A stretch of 64,000 bases of DNA from an uncultured delta proteobacterium. Its GTDB lineage: Bacteria; Desulfobacterota; WTBG01. Below are positions 63,077 through 64,000 of this stretch, one piece after another. Location: the NCBI GenBank assembly GCA_963793865.1, contig CAWCBP010000006.1, forward strand, positions 1-64,000. Reading direction: 5' to 3'. The translations under genes were made by a program, and so were the position numbers. Each line of letters starts with the position of its first letter. Position 1 is the first letter of the stretch. The notes under the pieces were generated by a model that saw only the letters and a list, made by a program, of their open reading frames with translations, was not told the DNA's origin and did no database searches.

Positions 63077-63421
63077 CTATATATCCGCCGGGAAATCCAC
63101 CGCCTTGTCGGCATCAATCTGTTCAGAAGGCACAAAGTTTTTCGGGGGCGATTTTTTATCCTTCTGCTCAGGCGCTCCCGTGGTTTGTTCTGTCGTTTGG
63201 GATGCGGCATCCTTCTTCCCGGATGCCGGCTCTTTTCTGTCGGGTATGGTGGTTTGAGCGCGCTGGGCCAGCAGGTCCGGGTGACGCGCTCCGCCGGTGC
63301 GAATGATGCCGGTTTCCGTTCCGATGGCAGGAAACCGGACCGCATGGCTTGCGTCCCTGAACGATAACCCGGGCAGGCCCGTGCAGCAGAGCAGATAGAG
63401 CATGATTATGGTATAGCACAT
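63077..63421 (-). CDS. Small hypothetical protein of the ExbB-vWA cluster (start uncertain)
   Basis: Low-complexity linker ending in 'FVPSEQIDADKAVDFPADI'; co-oriented within the cluster. Confidence 0.55.
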   Translation of the reverse strand: MCYTIIMLYLLCCTGLPGLSFRDASHAVRFPAIGTETGIIRTGGARHPDLLAQRAQTTIPDRKEPASGKKDAASQTTEQTTGAPEQKDKKSPPKNFVPSEQIDADKAVDFPADI

Positions 63422-63442
63422 ATTGATTTATTTTCTAAAGGA

Positions 63443-64000
63443 TTAATCGGCGTACCGGCAGACGCGAAAGCCGACATCAGGTCTTTTATCGCTGCTGTAA
63501 TCCCGGAAAGCGGATCGCAGGGCGCTGATGCTCGCGTGCCTGAAGCTTGACCCTCTTATAAGGTGATGCGTTCCTTCCTGAGGGCCCGCGGGGTCCTGAT
63601 AGCGCCGGCCGGGGTTGTAGGAGTAGATTGAATAATAGTCATGGCACCACTCGGCAACATTGCCGCCGAGATCATACAGCCCCAGCGCGCCGGCGGCAAA
63701 TGTGGCGGGAGGCGCCGAAACCGGGTAGCCGTCCTCATAGTTGTCAAAGTACCCGGGAAGAAGATCCCGGGCGGAGAGATCGGCGATGTTAACGGTTCGT
63801 GTCGGGGGCGGAAAGCCGGTTCCCCAGGGATAGAGGGAGTCGGCCGTCTTTCCACTGAAGCGCGCGCAGTATTCCCATTCCGCTTCTGTCGGCAGCCGGT
63901 AGCCTCGTGCGAGGGGTTCCGCGGCAATCAACCCGCTCCCCCGGAGGCTATACGCCGGCGGGAGCTTTTCCTTTCCGCTTAACCAGTTACAATACGAGGC
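63443..64000 (-). CDS. FGE-sulfatase/SUMF1-domain protein, C-terminal part (truncated by window edge)
   Basis: 'YRLPTEAEWEY', 'GLYDLGGNVAEW', 'RGSS', 'VGFR'. Confidence 0.88.
   Translation of the reverse strand, partial: ASYCNWLSGKEKLPPAYSLRGSGLIAAEPLARGYRLPTEAEWEYCARFSGKTADSLYPWGTGFPPPTRTVNIADLSARDLLPGYFDNYEDGYPVSAPPATFAAGALGLYDLGGNVAEWCHDYYSIYSYNPGRRYQDPAGPQEGTHHLIRGSSFRHASISALRSAFRDYSSDKRPDVGFRVCRYAD

Noticed and set aside
63443..64000. Diversity-generating retroelement target (FGE/CLec fold)
   Set aside because: No reverse transcriptase or template-repeat copy of the 3' end is seen in the window.

Overview
Chromosomal segment of an anaerobic Gram-negative bacterium. Gene content and order suggest Desulfobacterota/'Deltaproteobacteria' (inference). 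Many genes are split by 1-bp indels, often in homopolymers, which I read as long-read assembly errors rather than pseudogenes. From left to right: (1) 1-6.9 kb is a largely AT-rich accessory block next to the 3' end of tRNA-Arg(CCG). It holds a sulfur-handling gene set (Cys-type Thi4, LarE, IscR-like Rrf2, a PP-loop thiouridylase-like protein, a secreted rhodanese), a probable UGA-selenocysteine DUF1573 protein and an IS3 remnant. (2) 7.7-13.1 kb is the main find: a MarR-controlled nitrogenase-like operon with two tandem NifH/BchL paralogues, a BchN/NifD-like subunit and a BchB/BchZ-like subunit. Its ligand pattern fits a COR/DPOR-type [4Fe-4S] reductase of unknown substrate, and no nif, bch or cfb genes lie nearby. 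(3) Core genes: rnpB, rnhA, tRNA-Ile2, rpoD-dnaG-rpsU, ptsI-ptsH-rsmI, plsY, lgt-lspA-ileS, yggS. (4) An LPS/glycan region with several WaaP-like kinase domains, a eukaryote-type UGPase and a GNAT-radical SAM-sulfotransferase cassette. (5) hppA, a P-type ATPase and apbE. (6) An uncharacterised ExbB/TolQ + 2x vWA + Hsp70-like/FHA + FGE-domain envelope cluster. All family assignments come from motif recognition; no database search was run.
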